This document shows, piece by piece, positions 1 through 10,343 of a DNA stretch of 64,000 nucleotides (position 1 is the first letter of the stretch; every line of letters starts with the position of its first letter). The notes beneath the pieces are model-generated. The model worked only from the letters and a program-made list of their open reading frames with translations. It did no database searches and had not been told where the DNA came from. A program made the translations under genes and the position numbers. Origin of the DNA: Candidatus Bathyarchaeia archaeon (GTDB taxonomy: Archaea > Thermoproteota > Bathyarchaeia > Bathyarchaeales > Bathycorpusculaceae); the NCBI GenBank assembly GCA_049512075.1, contig JBEKXL010000006.1, forward strand, positions 58,439 through 122,438, read 5' to 3'.

Positions 1-123
1 AGCCTTTTTTACAGTGATAGAAAATTTGACGAGGAGCAGAGGATTGACAAGGTTTTTTTGACTTTGTTCTTTTTGGTGTCAGCTGTCGTTGGCTATGGGA
101 TAATTCATTTTCTGCATTTCTAG
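1..123 (+). CDS. 3' end of a small membrane protein (partial, runs off window)
   Basis: Frame 1 is open from base 1 to TAG at 121-123 and ends in a hydrophobic segment (VFLTLFFLVSAVVGYGII). Confidence 0.45.
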   Translation, partial: SLFYSDRKFDEEQRIDKVFLTLFFLVSAVVGYGIIHFLHF

Positions 124-311
124 TCGTTTCTCAAAATCCTTGTCGACTGCTCTCTGGCATTTTTGAGTCACAGAATCGGAATCACGTATTCCCAAAATCG
201 GTCTAATGGTCCCCCACCTTCAGCCTACACTGTAAACAAAAAAGGTTGGTGAAACTTGTGAAACAATGTGTCATAAACCTTTTAAGTGGTCATGTTCACT
301 CTGATTTAATC

Positions 312-391
312 AGAGGTGCAAGTAGAACACTTATAAGGTGATTCTTTCCCCTTCTCCCTCGTATAGAAAGAGGAAACAAGCTTGCACCTCT
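312..391 (+). ncRNA. candidate structured RNA (three-way junction)
   Basis: Perfect 11-bp closing stem AGAGGTGCAAG (312-322)/CTTGCACCTCT (381-391) enclosing two imperfect hairpins; TATA-like TTTTAAG at about 280. Confidence 0.3.
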
Positions 392-457
392 CTCTTCTAG
401 TAATTCAATTCAGAAAACTTAAAAGCACACTTGCCTTTCTTTTGAACTACTACCGTT

Positions 458-563
458 GCCGAGGTAGCTCAGCCTGGGAGAGCGCTCGACTCAACGCATC
501 CGTGCTTTGGGGGCGAAGCTGAAGACCGAGTCGTCGCCGGTTCAAACCCGGCCCTCGGCACCA
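458..563 (+). tRNA. tRNA-Phe(GAA) with a 29-nt non-canonical intron (about 489-517)
   Basis: GCCGAGG/CCTCGGC acceptor stem, D arm, GGTTCAAAC T loop and encoded CCA; removing 489-517 restores CTCGG-CT-GAA-GA-CCGAG. Confidence 0.93.
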
Positions 564-699
564 ATGAGCCCAATTTATTCTTGATGTGTGAGAACAAGCT
601 CATTTTGTTCTAATCGCTGAAATTCGATGTTATGAAATCCTTTGGTCATACGTTGAGAAGAAACAGCGAGAGCATGAAGGAGAAATTCTTGAATGAAGG

Positions 700-1074
700 C
701 TAACGTGTTGGAATGTCAGTTGCTCCAATCTTGCCCTTGAACTTTTCGATAAGGCGTTCGGCCCTTTGCTTCCGTTCCTCTTCTTGTTTGTAGAATTCAG
801 TGAGATTCTCATTGTCTTGTGGAATCTCTCTTGCATAAGGCCATTTGACGTGAACCTCCGTACCATTTTGTCTTTCCTTGAATACGAACTCTATCTCTAA
901 TGCTTTCCCAACCCATCCGGGACTGTATGCTACTAGCAAATAATGCGGTGGGACTTCCTTTTTTATCATCACGTTTTCCAAGCCCACCTCATTCAACGTC
1001 TTCTGCACCAGAGAAGAACACTCTTCGATAGGTGTGCTGACCAAGTATTTGCTCTCGAGGAATTTCAGCAGCAT
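700..1074 (-). CDS. hypothetical protein
   Basis: 124-aa ORF with natural composition and GGAGG upstream. Confidence 0.7.
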   Translation of the reverse strand: MLLKFLESKYLVSTPIEECSSLVQKTLNEVGLENVMIKKEVPPHYLLVAYSPGWVGKALEIEFVFKERQNGTEVHVKWPYAREIPQDNENLTEFYKQEEERKQRAERLIEKFKGKIGATDIPTR

Positions 1075-1328
1075 TCTAATCCTCCTACTTATGTGTCAAA
1101 CTTTCTTCTCATAAGCCTTGTTCCACGTTATTCCACTAATGTTTAGAAAGCATGGCACTATGTATCAAGTCTGCGAAGTGTTGGAGCCAATCTGCTTGTG
1201 TTTTGGTCTGTTTTTTGGTTTTCTGAGCAGTTTGGCGTCTTCAATTTACCTCCTGTTGCTGTCTTTGAATATGGATTTGGGCTTCGTAATTCTTTTACCT
1301 TAGGCGTGACAGGAACGACATAGCCTTA

Positions 1329-3230
1329 ATGGTTTGCATTGGTGGGAACGGTATATCTAGAATTGGGCACGATTCGAAGGGTCTCAGCAACGTAGTAGTG
1401 GTTATGCTAAGCCTAATCATAGTGGTCACCATCGTTGTCAATGTGATCCTGTGGAGCTATCAGATGAACCAGTTCGACCTGGAAAGAATGCATGAAGACG
1501 TCAAGATTACTGACGTTGCCCACGTCAACGGCTCCTCTTCTTGGTTTCCAACCCAGGAGGAATTCACCGTAGACGCTGGCAACAAAGTGTCGGGCACCTA
1601 CATGGACACGCAGAGCATCGACGGTTCATACGAGAGCTTTTCAGAGAGCATGACGCGTGCGGGAGGTCTGAATTGGTGGGATACGGACTATGTCTATCGC
1701 AGAAGGGTGACTATAATGAACAACGCCTCGTCAACTCTCATCATGAACTATTCGGTTTCTGTAACGTTGGACACTGCTTCGCTGGTTTCTTCCGGCAAGC
1801 TCATGCCTAGTGGCCATGACCTTAGAGTAGCCTATCAGGTGGGAAGCAGCTGGGTTGAACTTGACAGGGAAGTCGACGGCATGGACACCTCTTCAACCCA
1901 AGTCTGGTTCAAAACTCAAGCATCAATCCCGGCAAACGGCTCGGACAGCAACTACTATATGTACTATGGAAACCCGAACGCTGGAACTCCACCCACGAAC
2001 GAGAGCAACGTTTACCTATGGTTCGACGATTTCAACAGAGCAGATAAATCGGATATTACCACAGAAGCTGCCTATCAAGTCAAGACCGGCGGCGGTACCT
2101 GGTCCATTGAAAATGGCGCACTCAAGAATGTTGGGGCTGACGGAGACCCGAACAAGTTGATAATCACCACGCTGGGCAATGTCACTGCTGCCGTCGATAT
2201 GCTCGTGAAAATCGATGTGATTTCCTTTGCCGGCGGTGACCTTAGCAGGATGGGACTATCCTCTTGCATGGACGGGAGTCCCCCTGAGGGTAGTGGATAC
2301 TGCGGCTTGTTTCACAACGACAGAAACAGTCTAAATCTTCTGAATGATCTGCGCTCTTGGGGCACGCATGGAACCTACAGCTGGTCGTTGAACACCTGGT
2401 ACTACATGCGATTCAGGGTTATCAACCCGTCAAGCGGGCTTGGTGAAGCTAAAGTATGGCCCGTTGGAACGATTGAACCTGACACGTGGACAGTGAATGG
2501 AAGTTTCGGAGGTGGGAGTTCCAGAGGTTACGGCGAAGTTGGGTTTGCAGGTTCGAGAACATCCGACACGACATACTTTGACAACATACTCATCCGTTAC
2601 ATCGCTAGTCCAGAGCCTTCAGCCTCTCTAGGAGCAGAGGAGAGCCAATTGAACAACAAGCTTGAAATCGACGGCACTTTTCCTGTAGATGTCTCGGCAT
2701 ATCCTCTCAATCGCATCCAAACCTTTGAAATACTGATGACCTACAGATCCAGCGACGCAGGCGAGAAGTGGTATCTAGAAGCCTACAACTGGACATCATC
2801 AGCCTTCAGCGACGTTGGCTTCAACTCAACATCCGGCAGCCTTCCCACAACAGGATGGGACAATTACGCCGTGAACCTGACCGACCAATGGAACAGCTAC
2901 ATGAGCAGCAACGGAACAGTATGGATAAAGGTGTTTGACCAAGGAACCGATGCAAACCATACAACCATTGACATGGATTTCATAGCGGTGAGAGTGGCAA
3001 CAGACGTGACAAGCTTCACCTTCGAAAACGACGGCTCCTTCACATCCCACCTCATCGCCTTGTGGATAGATAACTCGACGTTACATCAAAGATATGACAT
3101 AAGCGTATACATCAATTCCGGGGACACAGTCTCAATCTCTCGTGCTGACGTAAACCTACCCGAAAAGCCCTACTCTGTCAAGGTCATCTCGGAAAGAGGA
3201 AACATCGCCGTATATTCGCCAGCTAAGTGA
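1329..3230 (+). CDS. pilin/archaellin-like surface protein with DUF2341-type domain
   Basis: Class III signal-like SKG|LSNVVVVMLSLIIVV; WWDTDYVYRRRVTI...DLRV...YMYYGNP pattern; pilin-like C-terminus (VKVISERGN). Confidence 0.75.
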   Translation: MVCIGGNGISRIGHDSKGLSNVVVVMLSLIIVVTIVVNVILWSYQMNQFDLERMHEDVKITDVAHVNGSSSWFPTQEEFTVDAGNKVSGTYMDTQSIDGSYESFSESMTRAGGLNWWDTDYVYRRRVTIMNNASSTLIMNYSVSVTLDTASLVSSGKLMPSGHDLRVAYQVGSSWVELDREVDGMDTSSTQVWFKTQASIPANGSDSNYYMYYGNPNAGTPPTNESNVYLWFDDFNRADKSDITTEAAYQVKTGGGTWSIENGALKNVGADGDPNKLIITTLGNVTAAVDMLVKIDVISFAGGDLSRMGLSSCMDGSPPEGSGYCGLFHNDRNSLNLLNDLRSWGTHGTYSWSLNTWYYMRFRVINPSSGLGEAKVWPVGTIEPDTWTVNGSFGGGSSRGYGEVGFAGSRTSDTTYFDNILIRYIASPEPSASLGAEESQLNNKLEIDGTFPVDVSAYPLNRIQTFEILMTYRSSDAGEKWYLEAYNWTSSAFSDVGFNSTSGSLPTTGWDNYAVNLTDQWNSYMSSNGTVWIKVFDQGTDANHTTIDMDFIAVRVATDVTSFTFENDGSFTSHLIALWIDNSTLHQRYDISVYINSGDTVSISRADVNLPEKPYSVKVISERGNIAVYSPAK

Positions 3231-3420
3231 GCCCGCGCACAGGCATTATTGAAAGTCCAAGCCCTTCGACAAGATTTCACTTAAGCCTTGTCATCAATAG
3301 GATCTAGAGCCTTGAGTCTGCCCTCAAGCCAGAATCATGACGCAGAACCGAAGCTAACGCGTTAACGCAGAAAAGGAAAATAGGAACCTCTGCAGAATGT
3401 CCTTTACCGATGGATAATGG

Positions 3421-3498
3421 GCGGTCGTAGTCTAGTTTGGTCTAGGACATCAGCCTGCCACGCTGACGACCCGGGTTCAAATCTCGGCGACCGCACCA
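3421..3498 (+). tRNA. tRNA-Gly(GCC)
   Basis: GCGGTCG/CGACCGC acceptor stem, TCAGC-CT-GCC-AC-GCTGA anticodon arm, T loop, CCA. Confidence 0.97.
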
Positions 3499-3688
3499 AG
3501 GATTCTCTGTTAAGAATAAGGCGAGCTACTACATGAATTTCAATGTTCCGTGGGATGTCAGGACTACTACCATCATGACGGAGCTTTGATTCTCAACTTA
3601 TTCTAAATAAATATTTGTCGTTAGTAATTCTTATAATTCTGGAATGGGATGATTGTTTGTAATTTGATGCACGCGAAGATACGGAGTA

Positions 3689-4189
3689 ATGGATGAATTG
3701 AGTGTCGGAAACTCTGGTGCCGGCAGGCCTTCGGTGCTGATAGTAGATGATGAAGCTGGGATACGGAAGCTGTTGACAACAGCGCTGAATGAAAACGGCT
3801 TCACTTCAGACTCTGCTGAAAATGGGGCTGAGGCGATCAAGAAGGCAAATGAACGGTACTACAACCTTGCACTGATTGACATAATGTTGCCCGATATAAA
3901 CGGAGTCGAACTGCTGGCTAAATTCAAGCCGACGCGTCCGCGAACCAGAAAAATCATTATGACGGGCAATCCGTCGCTTCAAAACGCAGTTGAAGCTCTG
4001 AACAAGGGAGCGGACGCTTACATAATGAAACCGCTGGACATCGCGAAGGTCTTGGCAACTCTTGAAGAACAGCTGGACAAACAAAAGGAGCAGAAAGATA
4101 CAATGTTAAAGCTGCTTGAGACTGGACGCATACGCGCACGCATTGAGCTGATAGGCAGAGATGCTACTGAAACTCCTGACGTACGTTGA
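3689..4189 (+). CDS. response regulator receiver protein (no kinase gene nearby)
   Basis: VLIVDD, LIDIMLPDING, MTG and YIMKP receiver motifs. Confidence 0.9.
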   Translation: MDELSVGNSGAGRPSVLIVDDEAGIRKLLTTALNENGFTSDSAENGAEAIKKANERYYNLALIDIMLPDINGVELLAKFKPTRPRTRKIIMTGNPSLQNAVEALNKGADAYIMKPLDIAKVLATLEEQLDKQKEQKDTMLKLLETGRIRARIELIGRDATETPDVR

Positions 4190-4278
4190 ATGGCAACAGA
4201 TTTGTCTCGTCGAAGGATCGCAAGATGTTTCTTTCATAACAGACGTGAAAATCCGCCCTAGAAAAGAGCTCTTACTCC

Positions 4279-4836
4279 TCACACACTTGGTGCCGACTGC
4301 TGTATGAAATTCGTGATGATTTCTGGGTTCAAGACTTCTGGATGAAACAAGCAACCGTAGAATCTTCTACGCTTGTGCCTGATCATACACTTCAAGTCAC
4401 CAGATTTACCCAGTGTTTCGAAGTCTTCACTTGGCTCCACGGCTTTAGAATTCAGGAAATATGAATAGAATTCATGCTTGGATGAAAGAGTGTTCTTTTG
4501 AACAGTCCTAACCTTGTATCTGCCGATTCTTGTTCTTTCAACGATGTCGCCATCGGAGAGTCCCACGAGAATCTGCATTCCAGCGCAGATGCCGAGGATC
4601 GGCGTATGCGTTTCATTTATCCATTCGAATCTGTCAACGTTGTCCAAGTATTTGAAATCCTTCAAGGCTGTTCCGCATATGATGACTTTTTCCGCTCTTT
4701 TGATGTCCTTGTGATCCAAACTCTGGAAGTTTATGGGAAAAAAGTCTATCTTGGCCTTTTTGAGGATGTCTTCAACCGGCTTAACAAACTCGAAATAGCT
4801 GAGCTTGTCTGAACAGACGTTAACTATCAGAATCAT
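4279..4836 (-). CDS. class I glutamine amidotransferase (GMP-synthase A-like)
   Basis: PILGICAGMQ nucleophile motif and FHPE. Confidence 0.85.
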   Translation of the reverse strand: MILIVNVCSDKLSYFEFVKPVEDILKKAKIDFFPINFQSLDHKDIKRAEKVIICGTALKDFKYLDNVDRFEWINETHTPILGICAGMQILVGLSDGDIVERTRIGRYKVRTVQKNTLSSKHEFYSYFLNSKAVEPSEDFETLGKSGDLKCMIRHKRRRFYGCLFHPEVLNPEIITNFIQQSAPSV

Positions 4837-5513
4837 TTGTCGACCATCCTAACATCCTTTATCCTGAATACTCCAGAGTAATCTTTGTAAGAGACATCAT
4901 AATCCAAGATTTCTAGTCTTTTTTTGAAAAAGGGGGCGTCTATGACGGTTGTCTCTATTTCCCCACCCTCTCCAGCAGGGCTCAAGCCGTATTCGTCCCT
5001 CAATCTTTCGAGCTTCTGTATCATTTCACTATCCAGCTTTCTGCCAAGGAATTTCTCGTCCAATGGATAAGCAAAAACACCTGATATGACCACCTCGTAT
5101 TTGCCCTTCACGAGTTCGTTCAAAAGCTCTATTTCATCCTTCAACCAGAGTGGGTTGAAACACCATAAACCGAGTCGTTTACAAATTCTCTGCACCCGCG
5201 TTGACTGATACATCGATTTCACAGCGCCTGTCACTATTCCTTCCAAGTCAAAATCGGCCTTGGCCGTACCAATGGCTTTTTCCAAATCCTCAAGCTCCCT
5301 CTCTTTCTTGCCCTTCGTCCTTCTTTGAACGATCGGCAATCCGATGGCTTCAGCTTGTCTTCCGGTTACTTCTATGTTGGGAACATGAAACATGTAGCTC
5401 TCCTGACTTTCAGATATCAAGCTGATCAGACAAGTCACATCATGGAAACTCCTCGATTTGTCCAACGCTAAACAGGAGTCTTTTCCACCTGAGAACAGCA
5501 CTCCAACTCTCAT
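4833..5513 (-). CDS. dph6: diphthine-ammonia ligase (Dph6 family)
   Basis: FSGGKDS PP-loop, SYMFH, PLW and GEGGEIET motifs. Confidence 0.88.
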   Translation of the reverse strand: MRVGVLFSGGKDSCLALDKSRSFHDVTCLISLISESQESYMFHVPNIEVTGRQAEAIGLPIVQRRTKGKKERELEDLEKAIGTAKADFDLEGIVTGAVKSMYQSTRVQRICKRLGLWCFNPLWLKDEIELLNELVKGKYEVVISGVFAYPLDEKFLGRKLDSEMIQKLERLRDEYGLSPAGEGGEIETTVIDAPFFKKRLEILDYDVSYKDYSGVFRIKDVRMVDK

Positions 5514-5709
5514 GAAAAGTGACTAGAACACCTTGGTTTATAAAGACATTTTTCCGTTTTTGACACATCTTCACCGCAAAACCGACCAAGGATCGCATTA
5601 CGGCGACTTAACCATGTGCAGTGATGACACGTGCCTTATTCTTAAAAAAAGGCTAAAACGTATATGGAGCTAGTCTGATAGATTGCCTCGAATTGGAAGA
5701 TCGTAGACG

Positions 5710-7404
5710 GTGGATGGCGTTGCATTGAAGGAGAAGAGTGTCTTTGCTTCTTCGCTTACGTTTCTTTTGATACTTGGGGCTTTTTCACTTTTCATGGCGT
5801 GGTATGGCCCGTCGAGCTCCTGGAAATTCTTGCTTGCCTTTTTTCCGCTGGTTGTGATTCTGTTCGGCGTCGCTTTTCTGCGTCGAAGCGGTTTGTTCAT
5901 GGCCGTGGTTGGCTTAGTGCTTGTAATTGCATTGGCAATTCTGCAGTTCAGCACACCGTTTGAGGTGGCTCTCGGTGCTTCATTGCATGGTTTTGTGAGC
6001 AGTTTTGGAGTTTCAATTTCGGTTGCGGCAACCATGCTGATGATTTACTTGATGAAGGAAGCAGGCGCGTTGCAGACTGTTTCAAAAGTGATCAAGCAGC
6101 AATTGATAGGCGACGAGGTCCGAGCGTTGTACATTGGGATCGGCTTCGGCTCTTTTCTCACTTCCTTGGGTGTAGTGACTCCTGCACTGTTTCCTCCTCT
6201 GCTTCTCGCGATGGGTTTCAGCCCTATGTCTTCCATTGCGATCGCTGTTCTCGGCTACAATCCTACTACGAGTTTTTCGTTGCTTTCCATTCCGATAACT
6301 CTCCCAGCTTCCAATTTTGGTTTCAACCCGATGGCGTTAGCTTTCAAGGTTGCTATTTTCTTACCCGTCATTTCACCGGGTTTTGCTTTTGCTCTCCTTG
6401 GGCTAGTGGGCGGGAAGAAGTCGATGCGTGAAGGCGCTGTTCCTGCATTGGTTTGTGGTTTAGTCTTGGCTTTTGCGTGCGTTGCAACCACCAGCCTCGA
6501 CTATTTCACCGGAGTGCAATACGTTCCTCTCACACTTGTCGGGGTCATAGCAGGACTCTCCGCAATGCTTTCGCTTCATGTGTATCAGAGACTCAAGCGG
6601 ACAGCTAGAGGAGTGGCCAAAGACGCTGACTATCCGTCGAAAGGCGAGATTTGGCGCTCTTTTTCTCCATGGATACTCCTTTCAGTGCTGGCAGGGTTAA
6701 CGAGTATAAGTCAGATTAATGATTGGCTTTTGCATCTTCCCGGAGACATTCAAGTGATTAGAGTTTTCTCCAACGAACCGATTAATCTGAAATTTCTCAC
6801 TCAGCCTTACACTTGGATATTCATCACCATTCTCTTGTCACTATTCACCCTCAAGCCGACAAGAAGACAGATGCAAACTGCTACAAGTGTCTGGCTCAAA
6901 CGTTTCTTTGGGCCATTCTTGACGTACAGCCTGTACTTCTCAATATCTTTTGTGATGGCATTCTCGGCAATGCAGATCGCAAACGGTGTCTTGAACACTA
7001 ATCCAGCGGGGTTCAACCAGTTCAACATGAATGTGATTCTCGGCACCACACTTGCTTCAGTATTCGGTGCGGACTACGTTTTCGTGGCTGCCTCGCTTGG
7101 CTTGTTCGGTGCAATAGTTGCTGGTTCTGAGACTAGTTCAAACGTTCTTTTCTACAGCATTCAGAAGACCGCGACTCACAATCTCGGGTTAGATTCCGAG
7201 TTCATGACAGTCTATAGCAGTCACGCTGTTGCGGGGGGCGTAGCAAGCGCTGTCACTCCTGCCAAAATCAATAATGCCGTAGTCACGATTGACGAGTCGC
7301 ACGAGACTGAATCGTTGATGATGAGAAAAAACCTCGTCATCGCACTAACGCTGACAATCGCAACGGGCATACTCACAGGTATACTGGTCAGCCTGGGAAT
7401 CTAG
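5710..7404 (+). CDS. L-lactate permease family transporter
   Basis: Multi-TM protein with GSETSSNVLF and AVTPAKI LctP-like motifs. Confidence 0.75.
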   Translation: MDGVALKEKSVFASSLTFLLILGAFSLFMAWYGPSSSWKFLLAFFPLVVILFGVAFLRRSGLFMAVVGLVLVIALAILQFSTPFEVALGASLHGFVSSFGVSISVAATMLMIYLMKEAGALQTVSKVIKQQLIGDEVRALYIGIGFGSFLTSLGVVTPALFPPLLLAMGFSPMSSIAIAVLGYNPTTSFSLLSIPITLPASNFGFNPMALAFKVAIFLPVISPGFAFALLGLVGGKKSMREGAVPALVCGLVLAFACVATTSLDYFTGVQYVPLTLVGVIAGLSAMLSLHVYQRLKRTARGVAKDADYPSKGEIWRSFSPWILLSVLAGLTSISQINDWLLHLPGDIQVIRVFSNEPINLKFLTQPYTWIFITILLSLFTLKPTRRQMQTATSVWLKRFFGPFLTYSLYFSISFVMAFSAMQIANGVLNTNPAGFNQFNMNVILGTTLASVFGADYVFVAASLGLFGAIVAGSETSSNVLFYSIQKTATHNLGLDSEFMTVYSSHAVAGGVASAVTPAKINNAVVTIDESHETESLMMRKNLVIALTLTIATGILTGILVSLGI

Positions 7405-7502
7405 CCAGAACGTTGCAGTGTGTCATCTCCTCATTTGGCGAAACCCTGTCCCACTTTTCCTTCATAAAGTCTTTTTTCACAGACTCGTTTGACTGGCTAC
7501 TG

Positions 7503-8225
7503 TCAGATTTTTAACGCTAGTTGTTTCACTTTTTCGGCAAAAGCAGTGTCCAGCAGTTTATCAGTTTTCCCTATGGTCTCCTCTATCCCTGTGTCAAAGG
7601 GAATTTCTCCAATGAATGCTAAACCCAACGTCTTGGTCTCCCGCTGTATAGTATCAGAATGAGCAAATTTCATGTTTTCCACGACGCCTATAACCCGTAT
7701 TCTCATTGTTTGCAATAGTCCAGCCAGTCTTTTTACAGTTTCAAAGGCCAATTGTGAGGGTGTCGTCACTATCAGAAATTCTATTCTTTCTACGAGTCTT
7801 ATCAGGTCAAGAGTTGCATCGCCTATTCCAGGTGGCATGTCGAGGATGAGATAATCCAGTTTCCCCCATCTGACAATCGACAAAAGTTCTATCAGCGCGT
7901 TTGAGACATCTGCTCCTCTCAGTGGAGTTGCGTGGTCGCCTGAATAATAGATTATTGACATGTACTCAAAACCTTGGAACTGTGGCGGGATTATGCCCTT
8001 TTCTTCCCTCGGCTGCAGGTCTTGGACGCCTAGGATCGTGTGTGTGGATGGGCTTGTAAAATCCAGGTCGAACAATCCGACTCTGAAGCCTTTCCTCGCA
8101 AGAATTAAGGCAAACGTTGAAGCAAACAGGCTCTTGCCGACTCCGCCTTTGCCGCCTGAAACAGCTATGATGCGGCGTATCCCCTTCAACCTTTCATTTA
8201 CTATGCTGGTTCGAGGATCAACCAC
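7503..8225 (-). CDS. Mrp/NBP35 family ATP-binding protein
   Basis: SGGKGGVGKS, DMPPGIGD and GVVENM. Confidence 0.9.
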   Translation of the reverse strand: MVDPRTSIVNERLKGIRRIIAVSGGKGGVGKSLFASTFALILARKGFRVGLFDLDFTSPSTHTILGVQDLQPREEKGIIPPQFQGFEYMSIIYYSGDHATPLRGADVSNALIELLSIVRWGKLDYLILDMPPGIGDATLDLIRLVERIEFLIVTTPSQLAFETVKRLAGLLQTMRIRVIGVVENMKFAHSDTIQRETKTLGLAFIGEIPFDTGIEETIGKTDKLLDTAFAEKVKQLALKI

Positions 8226-8227
8226 GC

Positions 8228-8626
8228 CTATTTCACTCCTTTCACGCTAAGAAGCCAAACCCCACGTCCTTCGACTACCTCAAAATCCGGGCTGCCACAT
8301 TTTGGACACTTAACATATGCGTGTGCCACCTCTGGAACAAAATGGATAGCCTCAACCACGCTTTCATCCAGCTTCTTCTTGTTGAAAATCCACGTGTGAC
8401 CGCAGGCGCGGCACTTCATTCTTGCCCTTGCCTCTTCTATCTTGAACTCTGCACTTTCGAGCTTGGCCTTCTTGATCTGTTGGAGCGCAAACATCAACAC
8501 ATCCTGCTCTATTTGCTGAAGCTCACCCACTCTTATCCTCACTTCTGTGACTTCCCTAAAACCCTCTTTCTCAGCTGCTCCAGAGGCCGCGGAGATCACT
8601 GCTTCAGCCAAGGCCCATTCGTGCAT
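8228..8626 (-). CDS. hypA: hydrogenase nickel incorporation protein HypA
   Basis: MHE N-terminus and two CxxC pairs; start set at MHEWALA. Confidence 0.92.
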   Translation of the reverse strand: MHEWALAEAVISAASGAAEKEGFREVTEVRIRVGELQQIEQDVLMFALQQIKKAKLESAEFKIEEARARMKCRACGHTWIFNKKKLDESVVEAIHFVPEVAHAYVKCPKCGSPDFEVVEGRGVWLLSVKGVK

Positions 8627-8723
8627 ACAAGAGCCTACAGGCAAGCCTAACTTAAAAATATCGCAGAAAGACGATGAGCCGTTAAAAACATCTCGCGTTT
8701 ATTAAAGCCGTACTCCATACTAA

Positions 8724-9338
8724 TTGAAGAAAACGAAACCAGGCTGGAATGGGTTGGCATTCGGCGCTGAACTCCTGAGCGTTCTGTTCGGTTCTTTTCT
8801 CTTGAACCTCATTCCATTTGCCGGCCCGTCGAATCTTCTGATAGCCTCGAACGCAGCGTTACTTGTCCACACAGATCCGTTTACTTTGGGCCTTCTGGTG
8901 GCCTTGGGCTCAGCCTCAGCGAAGTTCATACATTACCTGGTCACCTTCTTTGTCGGAGGCTTTCTAAGTAAAGAACGCAGAGAACAATTGGGCAAGGTAA
9001 ACTCAAGAGTAGGAAAATGGGCTTTTGCAGCCCTGTTCATCGCGGCTGCCACCCCAATACCTGACGAGCCCGTCATAATCCCACTGGGACTCATGAAATA
9101 CAACCCAGCAAAATTCTGTTTGGCAATGTTCCTCGGAAAAATCTCGATCACCGTACCGGGGGCATACCTCGGGCAACTCGGCCAAAGTGCCTTGTCATCT
9201 CTCATAACTCAGGAAGCTCTAATAGTCCTTTCACTAATCCTAACCATCGCCATAACAATCATACTGCTAAGAATCGACATCACAAAAACCTTGCGAAAGA
9301 CCAAACGCAACAACCGAACAAAAACAGCAAACCCCTGA
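8724..9338 (+). CDS. VTT/DedA (SNARE-associated) membrane protein
   Basis: AATPIPDE...PLG motif and several TM segments. Confidence 0.75.
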   Translation: MKKTKPGWNGLAFGAELLSVLFGSFLLNLIPFAGPSNLLIASNAALLVHTDPFTLGLLVALGSASAKFIHYLVTFFVGGFLSKERREQLGKVNSRVGKWAFAALFIAAATPIPDEPVIIPLGLMKYNPAKFCLAMFLGKISITVPGAYLGQLGQSALSSLITQEALIVLSLILTIAITIILLRIDITKTLRKTKRNNRTKTANP

Positions 9339-9574
9339 GAACGTCCACAGACGGCAAGTAGGAAAAACAGGCAGAAGATTGAGTCCCAAAGAACACAGCT
9401 AAAGTACTCTAAAGTAGGGGCTCGAATCAACCCGCCACGGCAACAAACCTGCCAGCAATTCTGCGCGCAACAGTTCAAACGGCGTGACACACACAGAGAG
9501 TCTCAACAAGCAGGAACCTAAAGCTAAATAAAGTCATAATCAACAACTAAGCATAACCTGCAAAGGTGACATTC

Positions 9575-10330
9575 ATGTTCAAACTCAAAGTCGCTGACGC
9601 TAAACAACTGAGAGACATGATTACATCCATCTCCATACTCGTAGACGAAGCCACGTTCAAGCTTGACGCTGAAGGCATGAAACTCCGAGCAATGGACCCG
9701 TCACGCGTCGCCATGATAGACTTCGAATGGCCTAAAACAATCTTCGAAGAATACATGTGCACAGAACCGACAAAAATGTGCATAAACATAACCGAACTGC
9801 TCAAACTTCTAAAAAGAGCGGGCAAAGGCGAAACACTTGAGCTTTCCATAGACGAAAAAACCGGTAAATTACAGGTCGCAATCGCCGGAAAATACGCGCG
9901 CAACTTTACCATGCCCACTCTTGAAGCCTCAGAAGAGGAAGTTCCAACCCCGAAAATCACCTTCAACGTCAAAATAAAAGCCACGACGGAAGGCCTGAGC
10001 CAAGCAATCGAAGATGCCCAGCTCGTGAGCGATCATGTGAGAATCGAGGCAGACCCTGAAAAAGTGGTCTTCAACGCCGCGGGAGACCTGATGGGCGCAA
10101 CGATAACCCTTCAAAAAGGAAGCGACACACTGCTCGAACTGGACGCCAAAGAACCTCAAAAAGCAACCTTCAGCCTCAGCTATCTGACAGAGATAATAAA
10201 AACAGCATCCGCAACCTCAGACATAGCAACGCTCGAGTTCTCATCAGACATGCCGATAAAACTCGACTTCCAACAGGCAAAAGAAGGAAAACTAACCTTC
10301 TACCTCGCACCCAGAATCGAAAGCGAATAA
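9575..10330 (+). CDS. pcn: PCNA sliding clamp
   Basis: AMDPSRVAM and FYLAPRIE motifs; start set at MFKLKV. Confidence 0.97.
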   Translation: MFKLKVADAKQLRDMITSISILVDEATFKLDAEGMKLRAMDPSRVAMIDFEWPKTIFEEYMCTEPTKMCINITELLKLLKRAGKGETLELSIDEKTGKLQVAIAGKYARNFTMPTLEASEEEVPTPKITFNVKIKATTEGLSQAIEDAQLVSDHVRIEADPEKVVFNAAGDLMGATITLQKGSDTLLELDAKEPQKATFSLSYLTEIIKTASATSDIATLEFSSDMPIKLDFQQAKEGKLTFYLAPRIESE

Positions 10331-10343
10331 CGAGAAAAATAAG

